From Trichoplax adhaerens (lineage: Eukaryota > Animalia > Placozoa): a stretch of DNA of 64,000 bases. A program made the position numbers and the translations under genes. The stretch is taken from NCBI RefSeq assembly GCF_000150275.1, contig NW_002060959.1:370371-434370 (forward strand), in the 5' to 3' direction. Below are positions 50,208 to 62,900 of the stretch, piece after piece (the first letter of the stretch is position 1; each line of letters opens with the position of its first letter). Under the pieces are notes generated by a model. The model was not told the DNA's origin. It saw only the letters and a list, made by a program, of their open reading frames with translations, and did no database searches.

Positions 50208-53175
50208 CGAAAATTTTGGGTAAATGTCAAGAATTCAAGATCAAGTATTTATAGTTGTACCGACAATGCGACCATTTCCATAAAGCACGAAAAAATTTAT
50301 ACGCGATGAATGTCTCTTATCAGCTAGGATTCTTTCAGGATGTAGATTTGATTACACGTGTATAAATTTCGAATCCATGCTACACTTTTGTGTAATGCAC
50401 TAATCTATAGTATTGGATTTAATGAAGTTTATATATGCGTATTGTCGAACATATTATATCGTTATGCTAGTGATAAATGTATCTATTTCAATATCCCTTT
50501 TCTCCAAAAGAAACCATTTCCAATATTTAGTCTTTCTAATCGTGATGTATAGAATTATCATAAAAACATTTTAAAATCAAATTTACTTTGCTGTCTTTCG
50601 ACGATGTACAAAAATGCAACAATTTCATACAAGTTTTAAATAATGGTCTGTACTATGAGGCCTTTATAAAATGAAAATTTGAAATACACCCAAAACATAG
50701 CGATTGCACCTTATAGTATTGCTTTGTTTATATTAGATGAATCCTGCATGAGAATTAATAGTTGCAGACTATATTTCGGCATTTATCCCAGCGTTATCTA
50801 TATTATAAGCACTTGCTTCTAAACATGATTCTGTTGAAATACATTTTAGAATCATTTTCCTCATAGGAACTTTAACTTAAGTTTTACTATGTTCTTAATA
50901 GTTTCGAAAATCAACAATCTGCTAAGATTTAGAAACTAATCACTTTAAATATTGAGATATACGGTAAAGCATTTGTTTACTTCTGGTAACTTACCATTTG
51001 ATTCGGTATAGAGCTTTAAGCATGAAAGTCTAATTGTTAGATATTAAATTTTCGTCTTGTGTTGCAATGAAAATTTTATTTGACAAAGATTTTGTTCTTA
51101 AATGGTTTTGACGTAACATATGTATCTAAGACTATTGTTATACGATAAAACCACTATATGCCATATGCTATCGTAAATGAAAAGTGTGACTTAAAGTTAA
51201 TTGCAGTTCTAATACGTAATTAATGTGTTCACGTTAGGATATTATTTCCAAATGGTTGTATCTTACTAGATCTATGTAAGTCGAGCGTTCTGCTAGTATC
51301 TATTTATTACGGTGTATCATAATCATCCAAATTTCGACGAGATTATATAAGTAATTCTTTTACTTCTATCCCTGTTATACCAAGTTTCAAGTGAATATAT
51401 CTCGATTGATATTTTAAAATCTTGCGTAGTAAATCATCAAATAGCGAAATTAAATTTTTTCCATTAGTTATTTCGAATCAATGATAAAATGTTTAATTTT
51501 ACGTCAATATGCTTTGAAACAGCTTTACCAGTTAAGCAATTATTGACTAATAATTAATACTATTGAATAGTCTAGATAAGTTCATATGCTACATTTTATG
51601 TTAATTTTGTTGCTCTTGTGGTTAATATGATGGTACCAAAAATCATTATATTAGAGAATTAATAAGTTAAGTATCATACCATATATATCAGGAAAGCAGC
51701 TAGATAATAATTATTTTCAAATACTTTTCTCAAGTTCTATCTGATATTGACTTCATCATGATGTAGTTTAAGCTTGGCACAATTTCAGTGTCAGATTTAA
51801 TCAGCTCGAAAGTATAAAGTACAACTGGTACTATAAGCTGGATATAATTAGTCTAATTGTAGGGTATTGAGATTACATTGTGATTCTAGTATATTCTTAA
51901 AAAAATATGAATCTAAGTATTCTATATTGTTCGTAACTGTAGAAATAATTTCGTTGTCCGCATTAGATGAAAACATAGTTTGTCATGTCTAGATATTTAT
52001 TTCACTTACGGCCTCACCTATTTCTTACAGCCATTCGATATTTTATGGACTATTACGCTGGATGTAATTAGCATAAGCGTAGTATATTAAGATTGTAACG
52101 CAATTTTAGTTTCTCTTTGAAAAATAGAAGTATTCTATGTTTTTCTCAAATATAGATACGATTTAATTTTTGCTACCCGAAATATCGCGCCGCAAACATT
52201 ATTTGGATGCTTCGTTAATTATTTCAGTTAGAATCTCACCATTTTGTCTAGCCATAGGATACTTCATGGGACTATTATTACTTTCAAAACTATGAATACT
52301 GCTGATTTTACCTTTGATTTTGCTAGTTGCAATAGTTGTAATAGTTGCAATGTTGATACTTCCACATTACTTCATGCAGTGAAGGTTTATTTTTAGAATT
52401 TTTCTTCAAGCATTTTATTATTTTAATAAGTAATGTATTTTTAAAATAACTTAATTTGATTTTACTACGGAAGATTTAACTTAATATCGTAAACCCGACT
52501 TCATTATTCGGATTGGAACAAAAAATATTTTATAGCACAATTTTGATAAGAATTTCACGATATTAGGTTGTAATTTATGTGATATATTTAGTCAGTATAA
52601 TACTCATGCTCTTATCAAGGTAAAAACTTGTAGCCAATTTTGATTAAAAAATACAGTAGAAATAGTGTTACTTTGCTATTGAATACAGTGTAAACTGGAA
52701 CGTTTCGATCTAGGTGCTAATTTAAGATTGTTAGTCCGTCTTAGTCTTTTTTATAGTTATATATTATATAACGTAGAAAAGCATAGTTTGTATATTTAGA
52801 AATGTTGGGAATCTAGAGTACAATTTATCAGATCATATGTATTTAATTTCCAGCTCGTTTGGAATGCTTTAGAAAAGTAATTTGCTAGTCTGGTACCACC
52901 AACTGCTCTGCGTAGCATATAAAAAGTGGCGTAGTTCAGTAGAAAAGCAGTTCAAGCCTTAGCTTAAGATAGAAGGTGAAGATTAGGATTTTCCTAAATT
53001 CGTGAGTAAGTCATAATTTACGTAGGCAGTTTGATTAATTGTAAAATACAATTATGCCTTTGTTGTCTAGCAATCTAGACATTATTAATATTCTTAATTT
53101 CAATTATCAATTACCAATATGATCAATTAGCTTAATACTAACGAAATCTGTTTAATTAGCAAGTACAGTGCTTTG

Positions 53176-53294
53176 CTCCGTAACAGAGGTACCTCCCTTT
53201 AATTTTCTAGTGTTAGAATTCCAAAAATTTTAGTTTTACTCACAAATTTTCCTCCATTATTACTTTTACAATAAATTATCTGCTTGTTACGGAG
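53176..53294. mobile_element. MITE-like element with 10-bp perfect TIR
   Basis: CTCCGTAACA ... TGTTACGGAG, flanked by TG and TA (possible mutated TA TSD, Tc1/mariner-type). Single copy in the window. Confidence 0.4.
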
Positions 53295-53739
53295 TAACTT
53301 TTGCATAGCTATCGTGGCACAATTTTCATAAGATAACTAATCTAAGAATGAGTTCACATTAATTTATCTATGGTTTTTGCGCATATTTATTAAATAATAG
53401 ATAACTGTTTAGTTTAATAATGATCCTTACAATCTGATAATATTAATAAAGTTTCCATTTTCTAGTACGTCATTTTGTTATTCTCCAAAATAGCAACTTC
53501 TCCGACCGCTCGGACTTTCTATTAGCCTAAGAAAATGATAAATGTTACAATTATGAGATAACATCGCTGCAAGTATTGTATGATACAAGAGAAATATCTA
53601 TAAATGTTTTTATCAAGTAATGTTATTATCTCCAGCATCATCATAGCAGCCAAAGTGACTATAACTATGAATTATTGTAGTCTATAGTAACAGTATTTAA
53701 TAGTCAAAATGCTCATTTTAAGCTATTACTAAGTCAGTG

Positions 53740-53775
53740 TGACGTCAAATAAATCAGGACAGTAACCATAGCAAC
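53740..53775. promoter_or_regulatory. Perfect CRE palindrome next to an RFX X-box-like motif
   Basis: TGACGTCA at 53740-53747 and GTAACCATAGCAAC at 53762-53775, which fits X-box GTNRCC-N(0-3)-RGYAAC. Target gene unknown. Confidence 0.45.
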
Positions 53776-54430
53776 GCGATAGGCGTAAAATATAATTCTC
53801 TTATCAATCAATCCTTAACCATTAGGAACTTTATGCCTTAGTACAAGTTTCAATAACAAAAATGTTGGTTATTATTAAATCATCAATTCTATTTTTTTAA
53901 ATATTTTTAAGTATCTGCTTCCATTTTATGAAAATCTGCACACACAATGACAGTCTATATTTTTACCGGTATACTAGTCCCTCAAACTATCACACACCAA
54001 ATGACACTCTCTATCAGTTCAAGTGTTAAAATAACCATTTGTACATTTTGCTTGTGTAATTAAATAAGAGTATGGAGCGAATCAAAGATTGTTTGTTTAA
54101 TGCTAATGTTCACACATCGATTATATTATTACAATACGGATGACTTGATCGAATCGGCTAGATTTTTAGGCGGTTGCAGCTAAGTAACGTATAGAAAATA
54201 AGGATTGCTATGCTTTCAATTATCAGGTCACTATGAACATAGAAATCGGATATAATTTCATTCAATCTATTCTTAATAGAATACGTGGATTGTTTTGCTT
54301 ATTGTAAAGATAAGGCGCAAAGCAATCACTTTTAAGTAAGGTTGCTACAAATAATGTAGTCGACTATAATTTCTTCTCATTTATTCCTACTCTCAATCTT
54401 TTTATCATTAATAAAAATCTCGTATTAGGT

Positions 54431-55063
54431 TGTGACAGTCTTATATACTGTATTAGAGTAGAAATATCTATGTTAGGATAATTCTGTTAGCCTATCCTCA
54501 TTTAGTTAACTTCTAATTCGGATATACTGTGTTTTAATATAGCACTGACTTTTTATGACAGAGACATATATATATACACATACTGAATTAATAGTTATAA
54601 TAGGGAATGCAAATCATCTACTTACAGTTCAAATCATTGTGATTGTAACTTACTTATGGTAGATTGTAAATTATCATGGAAATGTTGCGTGGTAAGACAT
54701 ATCATAATTTATCTATTCTATATTAGTTATCAGATTTCTATGTTCGTAAATACTGTTGTTTGCATTAAGGAAGCAGTAGCTAAAATTAATATCTAATTCA
54801 GTGAATGATTCCAAAGTTAGTCGTACCAACTATGACTCGTGTACTATTGAGGAATAGTATATAAATGCAGTATATCGTGTAATAAAGAGGATTCTCAAAC
54901 TTAATGTTTAACGTAAAATATGAGGCGTCTAAGTCTTTTTGTAGTCTGCTAGTAGAGCAAAAGTGTTTCTGATAGTGCAGATATCGTTACTTGATACGTG
55001 GTTCAAGGAATTGACTTATTGATCGTACATTACGTTATCTTGCTGCAAAGCTGTTTTGTGACA
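54431..55063 (+). mobile_element. Family B solo LTR (B4), full length 633 bp
   Basis: TGTGACAG...TTGTGACA; perfect TSD TAGGT; TATATAAA at 54858 and AATAAA at 54881. Confidence 0.93.
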
Positions 55064-55657
55064 TAGGTATCATACAGTTATCATGACATTAGATGCCATC
55101 AAAATTAACCCAAATGCTAAATACTGGTATACTTATGGAAGCAGAAGCATTATAAACTTAAAAAAGCTTGTAATATTAACTTATTTAGTTTTATAAATCC
55201 TTTTGAATCAAGTATTCAATCAAGTTTTTTCTCTTATTGATAAGAGATAATATAATCTAATTGCCTTGCATAAACGTAAAATATAGCTTTCATTCATTCT
55301 TGTCGAGTAGCTTCCGTAGATAGTTTCGAGTTAGGTTCTCTGATTAATACTGGAAATGATCATTTAATTAGATATGCTAAATTTTTTACATTATTTTTCT
55401 AATTTGAGGCATCCATGAAGGAACGATGATAATTATACTAATCCAATTACAGGTATAGAATATGCAAACTAGCCTAGAAATTCAGTTAATATTGCAATAA
55501 AAATGCTACGGGGGAGTAAATTATCCTAATACAATGCACAAGAATACACCTCTAAATTTTTATATGACCAGCAAGTATAAGGTCTAATCAAATCCTTAAA
55601 AAGTTATGTGAGAATATGCTTACGAGAAATTACATATGGCACAGTTTTATTGCAGCA

Positions 55658-56760
55658 TGAAACATGTTAGTGACTTTGCAGCTGAATCCTTTTAGTACTA
55701 TCATTCATCTGACGACGTTAAAACAATATCATTCTTAGTGGCTGACCTTACTATCCTTGTGACAGTATACCACAAGTACCCTGACGTTTTCTTGCTTATT
55801 AATGTAAACTGGATCATTATAATTTAATTGGTAAGCTACTAGTTCTTTTTCTTACATTATAGCATAATCCTATGTTATCTATAAACAATAAGCATGATTA
55901 ATAAAATGGTGATGCATAAAATTCTCCATTCACTTGATTCTATACAGAACTAAGGCTGATCGGCAAGGGACCATTAGTAATCAGCTACTTGGCCATCAAC
56001 ACTAATTACTAAAGACGTTTTAATTATGATGCTTAATGTAAAGAAGGCCTAATTTAAAGCATCTTAGTATCAGAAAACTATTATATTATTACCAAATGCA
56101 TGATTAATTGTTATTTAACCACACCTTTCTCATTCTGATCTTTGTTATCCTTATTATTAACGACTGGCTTTGATATGCAAAATAGATTGGTTCGAATCCA
56201 TTATCTTATTATCCATTAGTCAGTAATATTATCTGCTCATTCTCATGACATCGTCCAAATCATTTTGACAACGGAAGAACATGTTCATAACTATTCATAG
56301 TTAGTATAGACATTTCTGAAATCCAAGTATTCCTATCTTTGATGGAAAGTTTACTCTAAAAGCGTTATATTAATACTGAACATCAGCTGAATGAAGAATT
56401 TGTATTATTAGATTATAATTTAACAGCTTCACGGCAATTTCATTTCATTTGAAACGGTGTCAGATACTCTAAAAGTGATTAAAGGCGGTCAATTTTTTGT
56501 CAATTTACCAATTGAAAATACATCAAAGGCTTCTAAGAGTTTTCGCTTTGGATGTGAAGCTATAGCAATTTTGCTCAACTTTATTTCTGTCCTATCTTAT
56601 CAATCTACAGGTGGCATTATCTTCTATCGCTATGAAGTCAATTAATTTACTCTGATTAAATTGAAGTTACTAGATCGAAGCGTATTGCCGTCCAATAAGA
56701 GGATTGCATTTCTATTGCAAATCTAACTACCACTAGGAATGTCCTATATCCTACGCTTCT
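55658..56760 (+). pseudogene. Decayed class A GPCR upstream of the adhesion GPCR
   Basis: Ordered remnants: TM1 *NMLVTL (GN.LV); TM2 FLVADLTILV..P..W; TM3 end ADRQGTISNQL; TM4 A*LIV; ECL2 CKIDW; TM6 KASK..IAILLNFI; TM7 PISYA. Stops and frameshifts throughout. Explains the track ORF at 56457. Confidence 0.55.
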
Positions 56761-56970
56761 AAGGAGAAAAAAAGATTGCCTCTAAAACGGATATTCAAGA
56801 TTTAAACGACTCATAAAATAGGAACTGATCAAGAAAATCTTGACTAGCTCATCTCCTTAGTATATTTATTTTACAATTTATCTCTGGAAGCTAGTTTTGC
56901 CTCATGAACTATTCCGAAACACCTATCCTACTTTTACGATTCTAATCTACCTAACCCAATTGATCTCCTG

Positions 56971-59900
56971 ATGGATTTTCATATCAATTGGGTATATCAG
57001 CTTCTACTATTCCTCATTAGTTTATACCTTAAGCTATCCTTGGTGGATGGCCAATGTCCGCCAAATCTACAAGCATTAAATTGTAATTGTTCAATACTGC
57101 AGCAAGCTAGGATTAATGGTGGCATACGTAATAAACTAACGAGAAATGTTTCATGTCGAAGTACTTCTATCCGTATCATGCCCGTTTTCGAACAGCCATT
57201 TGCATCAACGATTGGATCTTTGTAAGTTCTTAAATAGATAAGATCTAAATAAAACTTATACGAAGAATTATTATTTTTCAGTCAGTTTATGAGTTATCTC
57301 GCAGTAATTCTCAAAATCCACTAAAGTTTCCGTAATCGATAAATAATTATATGAGAAAGGTATCAAAATCAGGCGAGATAATTTCCATTCTTAGCTGCTT
57401 AGTTCTCTAAAATAGCTATTTTTAGAAAAGCGATTTTCGTTGTATGATTAGCATACTTTACTCATGACTAAGGTGGCTTAATTTATCAGAAATATTTGCA
57501 ATATGAATGTAGAAACAACCTACAGCTTGAATTCCTTCTAAGCATATTGCACATTTGATATCACTAAGAATAGTCGCTTAATATCTAGTAACATACTGTT
57601 GAACGATGATTTAATGAATTAATACTTTTCTACACTTATAGGGATTTGTCTTTAAATAATTTTCACGAAATTCAAGATCAAGCATTTATTAACTTAACTG
57701 CAGTAACCTATATGTAAGTATGAATTAATTAATCACAGCTTATGGTATAGTAGATTATAACATAAGGAGAAAAAATATAAAAAAAGGTATTCCGGGGAAT
57801 TAGCTTAATTTATCGGTTTTGCCTTGCTACTCATTTGTATCTGTTCTTATTTGTATATAAAAATTTACTTATTTCCTAAGCGGTTGTTACAATGATTCTA
57901 ATAAGTTGACTTCGAAATCAGTCAGTAGACTTTCTACATTTTTTTAAGCTAACAGCCTGGAGTATATCATAATATGTTTCAACTTCTATTTTTATATCTA
58001 TTTCAACCGCCTAAAGATCCAATTTTAGTTTCAATTATAAGAGTAGTAATAATGAAGACATCTAATCATCATCAAGCCTCATTAGGTTTCATCGACTGTT
58101 ATTAAAGAACATTAGATACCGTGAATTAGAAATAAACACCACGCAGTTCACAGTTGTCTTAGATCTACATCAATATCTAAACTGCTACAAATTTTAGTAT
58201 TTTAATCCCATCCGCTAGGTCGAATATAACAGATTCCAATATTTGCCTTATGAACATACATTCCCAATCCTTCTCGCCATCATAGTAAATTATTCACAGG
58301 TCATTCTCGTCGTAATAATAGTAGAATGAGATGTATGGTTTTGACCTCAATTCCACAAGAGCGAAGACTTCTTAGTTGAACCTGCAATAATCTGCACTAT
58401 AAAGAATACTATTCTTCTGCAAAGAAATACTTTGTTGCCTGCATCAAGTATAGCTCCTCAAGACTATTATTTATTACATAATATAGCATGATTTCTGTAT
58501 CAGCTTTTATACTAGCTGATAAGTCCTAGTTAATACCATTAACTTTGAAACCTTCCCATGAACTAAATGATGATCTTACTTGCCATTACCCAATGAAGAC
58601 TGTAGGATTTACGAACTTAGATATCTGAATGACTAATACAAATAGCCAGATTACATAATTTCCATACATGGGGCATTCTGGAGTTAACATCCAATCTGCA
58701 TAAAGTAATTGATTGTAGATTATTCTCAACTTTCATATGAGATGACCATTAATTTCGGTAACATAGTCTGGCAATAATGCTCTATGATCTGAATTAATTA
58801 CTGACGAAATAATGGTTAAACAACAAAAGTGTCTTAATGAAGATACAACTTTCTTGATCTATATAATACAGTGAATTATAAGACAGTAATATACTATTAT
58901 AGATTTTAACAATATTCAGCTGTAAATGCTAGAAAAATTTACGAGACTAGAATTACGATACTTATCCAACATACTATACTACATTTAGCACGTTAGTTCT
59001 CTTTTTACTTGGCGATGTTTCTATATTACGTAACTGTTAATACATCGCTAGCAGAACTACCGCACATTTTGTTCATCTATCATGTTATAACCAAATTTAA
59101 GTAATCTACTCTTATTTTTAAATTTGCTCCATAAGGAGACTATAAGGCCTTAGTCTATTTATTGCTTTTTTTCAGTAATTTAGAAGGCAGCTTTTTATCA
59201 GGAATACAAAGTAAAGCATTTTCTAACTGCAAGCGCCTGAAAAATTTGTAAGTCAAATATTGTAATTTTAAATTATCCTAATTTAAATTCCTTTAATTCG
59301 CTAATTATGGCGGCAACGATAGCAAATAATTTCAGTAATTCGGATGAGAGTTTATAAGGAACTTTACGGAACTTATTTCATTAATAATTCATTTTACTTT
59401 CCTTAATTAATGAATAATTATCTGGCGTATGATGAAGAATACTACGAAAAAATCAGTTTACTAGTCTTCCACCAAGGCTATTTATCCATTCTAATGCACT
59501 ACAATATTTGTAAGTTATATCATTTATTTGCTATGATTGAATTGATGTTAGTCTATATCTAAGGTTACAATATATTTAAGTACTTTACCTGCCGACTATT
59601 CTGGTTTACTTTACATCATTTTGGCAATTATCGATGTTCACTTTGTCAGTTTTTCATAGCAACGTATGCTGTCGTTAAGATAAAATGAGGACAGAGTACA
59701 GGACTTTGTCTTTCCAAAATAATTCTTTGTCACAGTTTTACCGTAAGATTTCCTAGATGCACTATCTAATCGTTACTATAATCTCATATGGTTTCAATTC
59801 GTTACTTGTAGAGATTTGTCCGGAAATTTTATAAGGTATCTGCATGCGGATACATTCTACAATGCTAAAGCATTAACCTCACTGTAAGTATCAGTGGTGA

Positions 59901-62900
59901 ATTTACTTAGATCTACGTTCCTTAAAAGATTATTTTGCTGCATATCTTATTCGTATATTATCATTTTTCTAGAAATTTAACAAATAATCTTCTAGAAACA
60001 TTGCCGCTACAAACATTTAGCCGTTTAGACTCTCTCAAATTTCTGTAAGTAGCATCAAGACCATTTACATTATCTATACTTGTCAGAAAATTGGAATTAG
60101 CAATTACAATTAGCAGTTCAGATGTCAAATCCAATTCTATCACGGCACATTTTATGCCATAGCCCAGTCTAATAGAATAATTTTTGATGAGATTCATGTG
60201 ACGATTATTAATATCCTGGAAATTGGTAGTACACATTAGTACTTGTTTAAAGATATACTGAATATTTATTAATTCTATTTTGTTTTAAATTAAAGTAATA
60301 TCGATAGCAATCCGCTAACATGCGACTGTCGGCTGCGTTGGTTGATGGCATGGGTAAAATCAACTCGGATTAATTTGTCTCTATCGCAGTCCGCAAAATG
60401 TAGTCAACCTTACTCTATTCAAGATCGAATGTTTAGCAGTTTAACTTGGAAAGATTTAGCGTGTGGTGAGTCTAGAAACAGTGAAATGGAGTTATCACGT
60501 TATTAATTCATTTTCATCATCTCTCATATTTTTATCTGAATGCATTAGAAAAACTTAAAATTTAAAATTTGCAATTTATCATTTCTAGGTCCACCTGCAA
60601 TGAAATCCAAGCCTGCAGACAGTCAACTACTATTTCATAGAGATAAAATTACTTTACGGTGTCAAGCGAGTGGAGATATATATAGTACTGAAATGTCTTG
60701 GTTATTCCATAAGCACAAAATACCAAATGCTAGAGTTATTAACCATACGGCAGTTAAAAATTATAGTCAAATTTATACGTATACCGTAGAAACGACACTG
60801 ACTCTAGATCTTATTGACTCAAGTGCTGCTGGCCAATATATATGTGAATTTCGAAATGAAGCTGGTAAATCAGTTGCGAAAACACAGGTAATTAATCGCT
60901 ACAGTGTCTATCATATTTTTAAAAAGGACGATGACAAAACAATAAATAGTAGATATCAAATTTACACCTGTTTAATAGCGTCGCCAAAGAAAGGCTATTC
61001 ATTCCCTGCTTTATCTTTATTTAGTTAGCTATACTCAGTATCGATTTGTAACTAGCTAAAATAGCATAATGCCAAGCCTTCGAATGACAATCTACTTCAT
61101 ATTTGTATACAATTTTTTCTGCTAATACAGTTTATTTGAACTCTATCCTTTTAAATAGATTTATGTAGCCAGTTCTGGTGTTAAATTTTGTAATGCTTCT
61201 ACGACGCAAAGCGATAAGGGTACATTTAACTGGCCACAGACGATGGGACAAGTTACTGTGCATTTACCTTGTCCGAAAGGAGCACAATTTGACTCTCAGC
61301 AAAGTTCAGAATCTCAGCAAGCAACAGTTCGTCGAAGCTGCACGAAATATGGCGCCTGGAACTTGATGGATGATAGCGATTGTCAATTCCAATATTTTCT
61401 TACGCAACAGCTATTTCTGTTATCCCGGGTAATTATTTTTGAGAGTTTATTCGTTACATGTCTAATTAGTTATTTCCAATTTGCATTTGATACTACTAAA
61501 TTGTCGATATTAGCGATGAAATAACTCGTTAGTTAGTACAGAATTTACTTTTAACAGTTTTCTTGTTAGTATTTAATATTGCACTAATTACTATCTGGAA
61601 ACTTTGTAATCCTATAGGATGTAAATATTACGGACTTACATTTTAGAAATTTTGTAGTCTAATATTTGTAAACTTATTAAGTATGGAACTATGAACAAGA
61701 TTAATGATCAATTCTGTCAAGAATAGCTTATTAGTCAAATGCAATCACTACAGTACGATTTAATAAGTAGAATTCAATTGAATACCAACATTCCCACTAT
61801 CAATGATTATAATTAATCAACTATTTTCTTCAATAGATTATTGTCAACGGTGATGCATCAGCTACTATGGTTGGGACTAAATTTCAAAAATTAATCATTC
61901 AACATTATTCCCTTGTTCAACCCACTGATGTCTACTTAAGCTCGTTGATCTTAGAAAACTTGCAAACAGTAGCCAAGAGCAATACGAATGTAAGTTTTTG
62001 CATGGCTTATCCATTACTGGTAACTAATAATATAAAAATGTTTAGAATATTCACAATTATCTTGCTTCTATCTGCTATTTTAGGTTATGATGGTAATTAT
62101 AAATGCAATCAATCTTTTCATGTCTAGTAAAACTAGTGCTTTAACTGAAGCTCAAGATTTACATAATGCCTGTACAAGGTATAAAATATTAAATGCTTAT
62201 ATTCAGCTAAGAAAAGCTGGTTTAATGATACCCTATTTTTATAAATAAAAGTGTGACAATGTTATTATAACCGCTACTTTATCAATTACTATTTAGAATG
62301 ATCAATGTGTTACAGCGATTGCTAAATTATATTGCCCCTCTTTCGCCTGGTATCAAATTTAATCAACTTGTTCTGGATAATCTTGCACTAGCAAATATTC
62401 AACTCAATCTCGACAATCAATTTCAAAGTATTCTATATGTCTTATTATTGCAATCTGGCCAGAAAGTAATTAATAAAATTACAAGCGAAAACCTTCAGCT
62501 TAATCGTGGTGACTTAACTGAAGACTTCTTCAACGATAAGGCATGCTTTTCTAGCTATTTAAAATAACTTAAATAAAATGATTGCTACATATATATATTA
62601 AAGTATTGAAACATAATGTAAACTAATCATATGCTTTTAAGATTATTAATCAGAGTCTAAATCAAACGTTAGCAGTTCTCTTTTGTCCTTGAAAAATAAT
62701 TGATACATAGTAACAGAATTATAACCAAATTTTGTTTCGGTAGCTAGTAGATTGATGACTCAATCTATTTAAGTTCAAATTGTTTGTAATGATGTATTAA
62801 CGAAATACGAAATATTTAATAATCTCGACGATTTGAAGTTTAAATAGACAGCAACAGTAACAAAAATAGTTTACCAGTTTAAACCAGCACTTATTAGTAA

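Noticed and set aside
52031-52384. Exon-like stretches PFDILWTITLD and HRILHGTIITFKT...
   Set aside because: No recognisable family, no consistent phase chain, and no start or stop exons.
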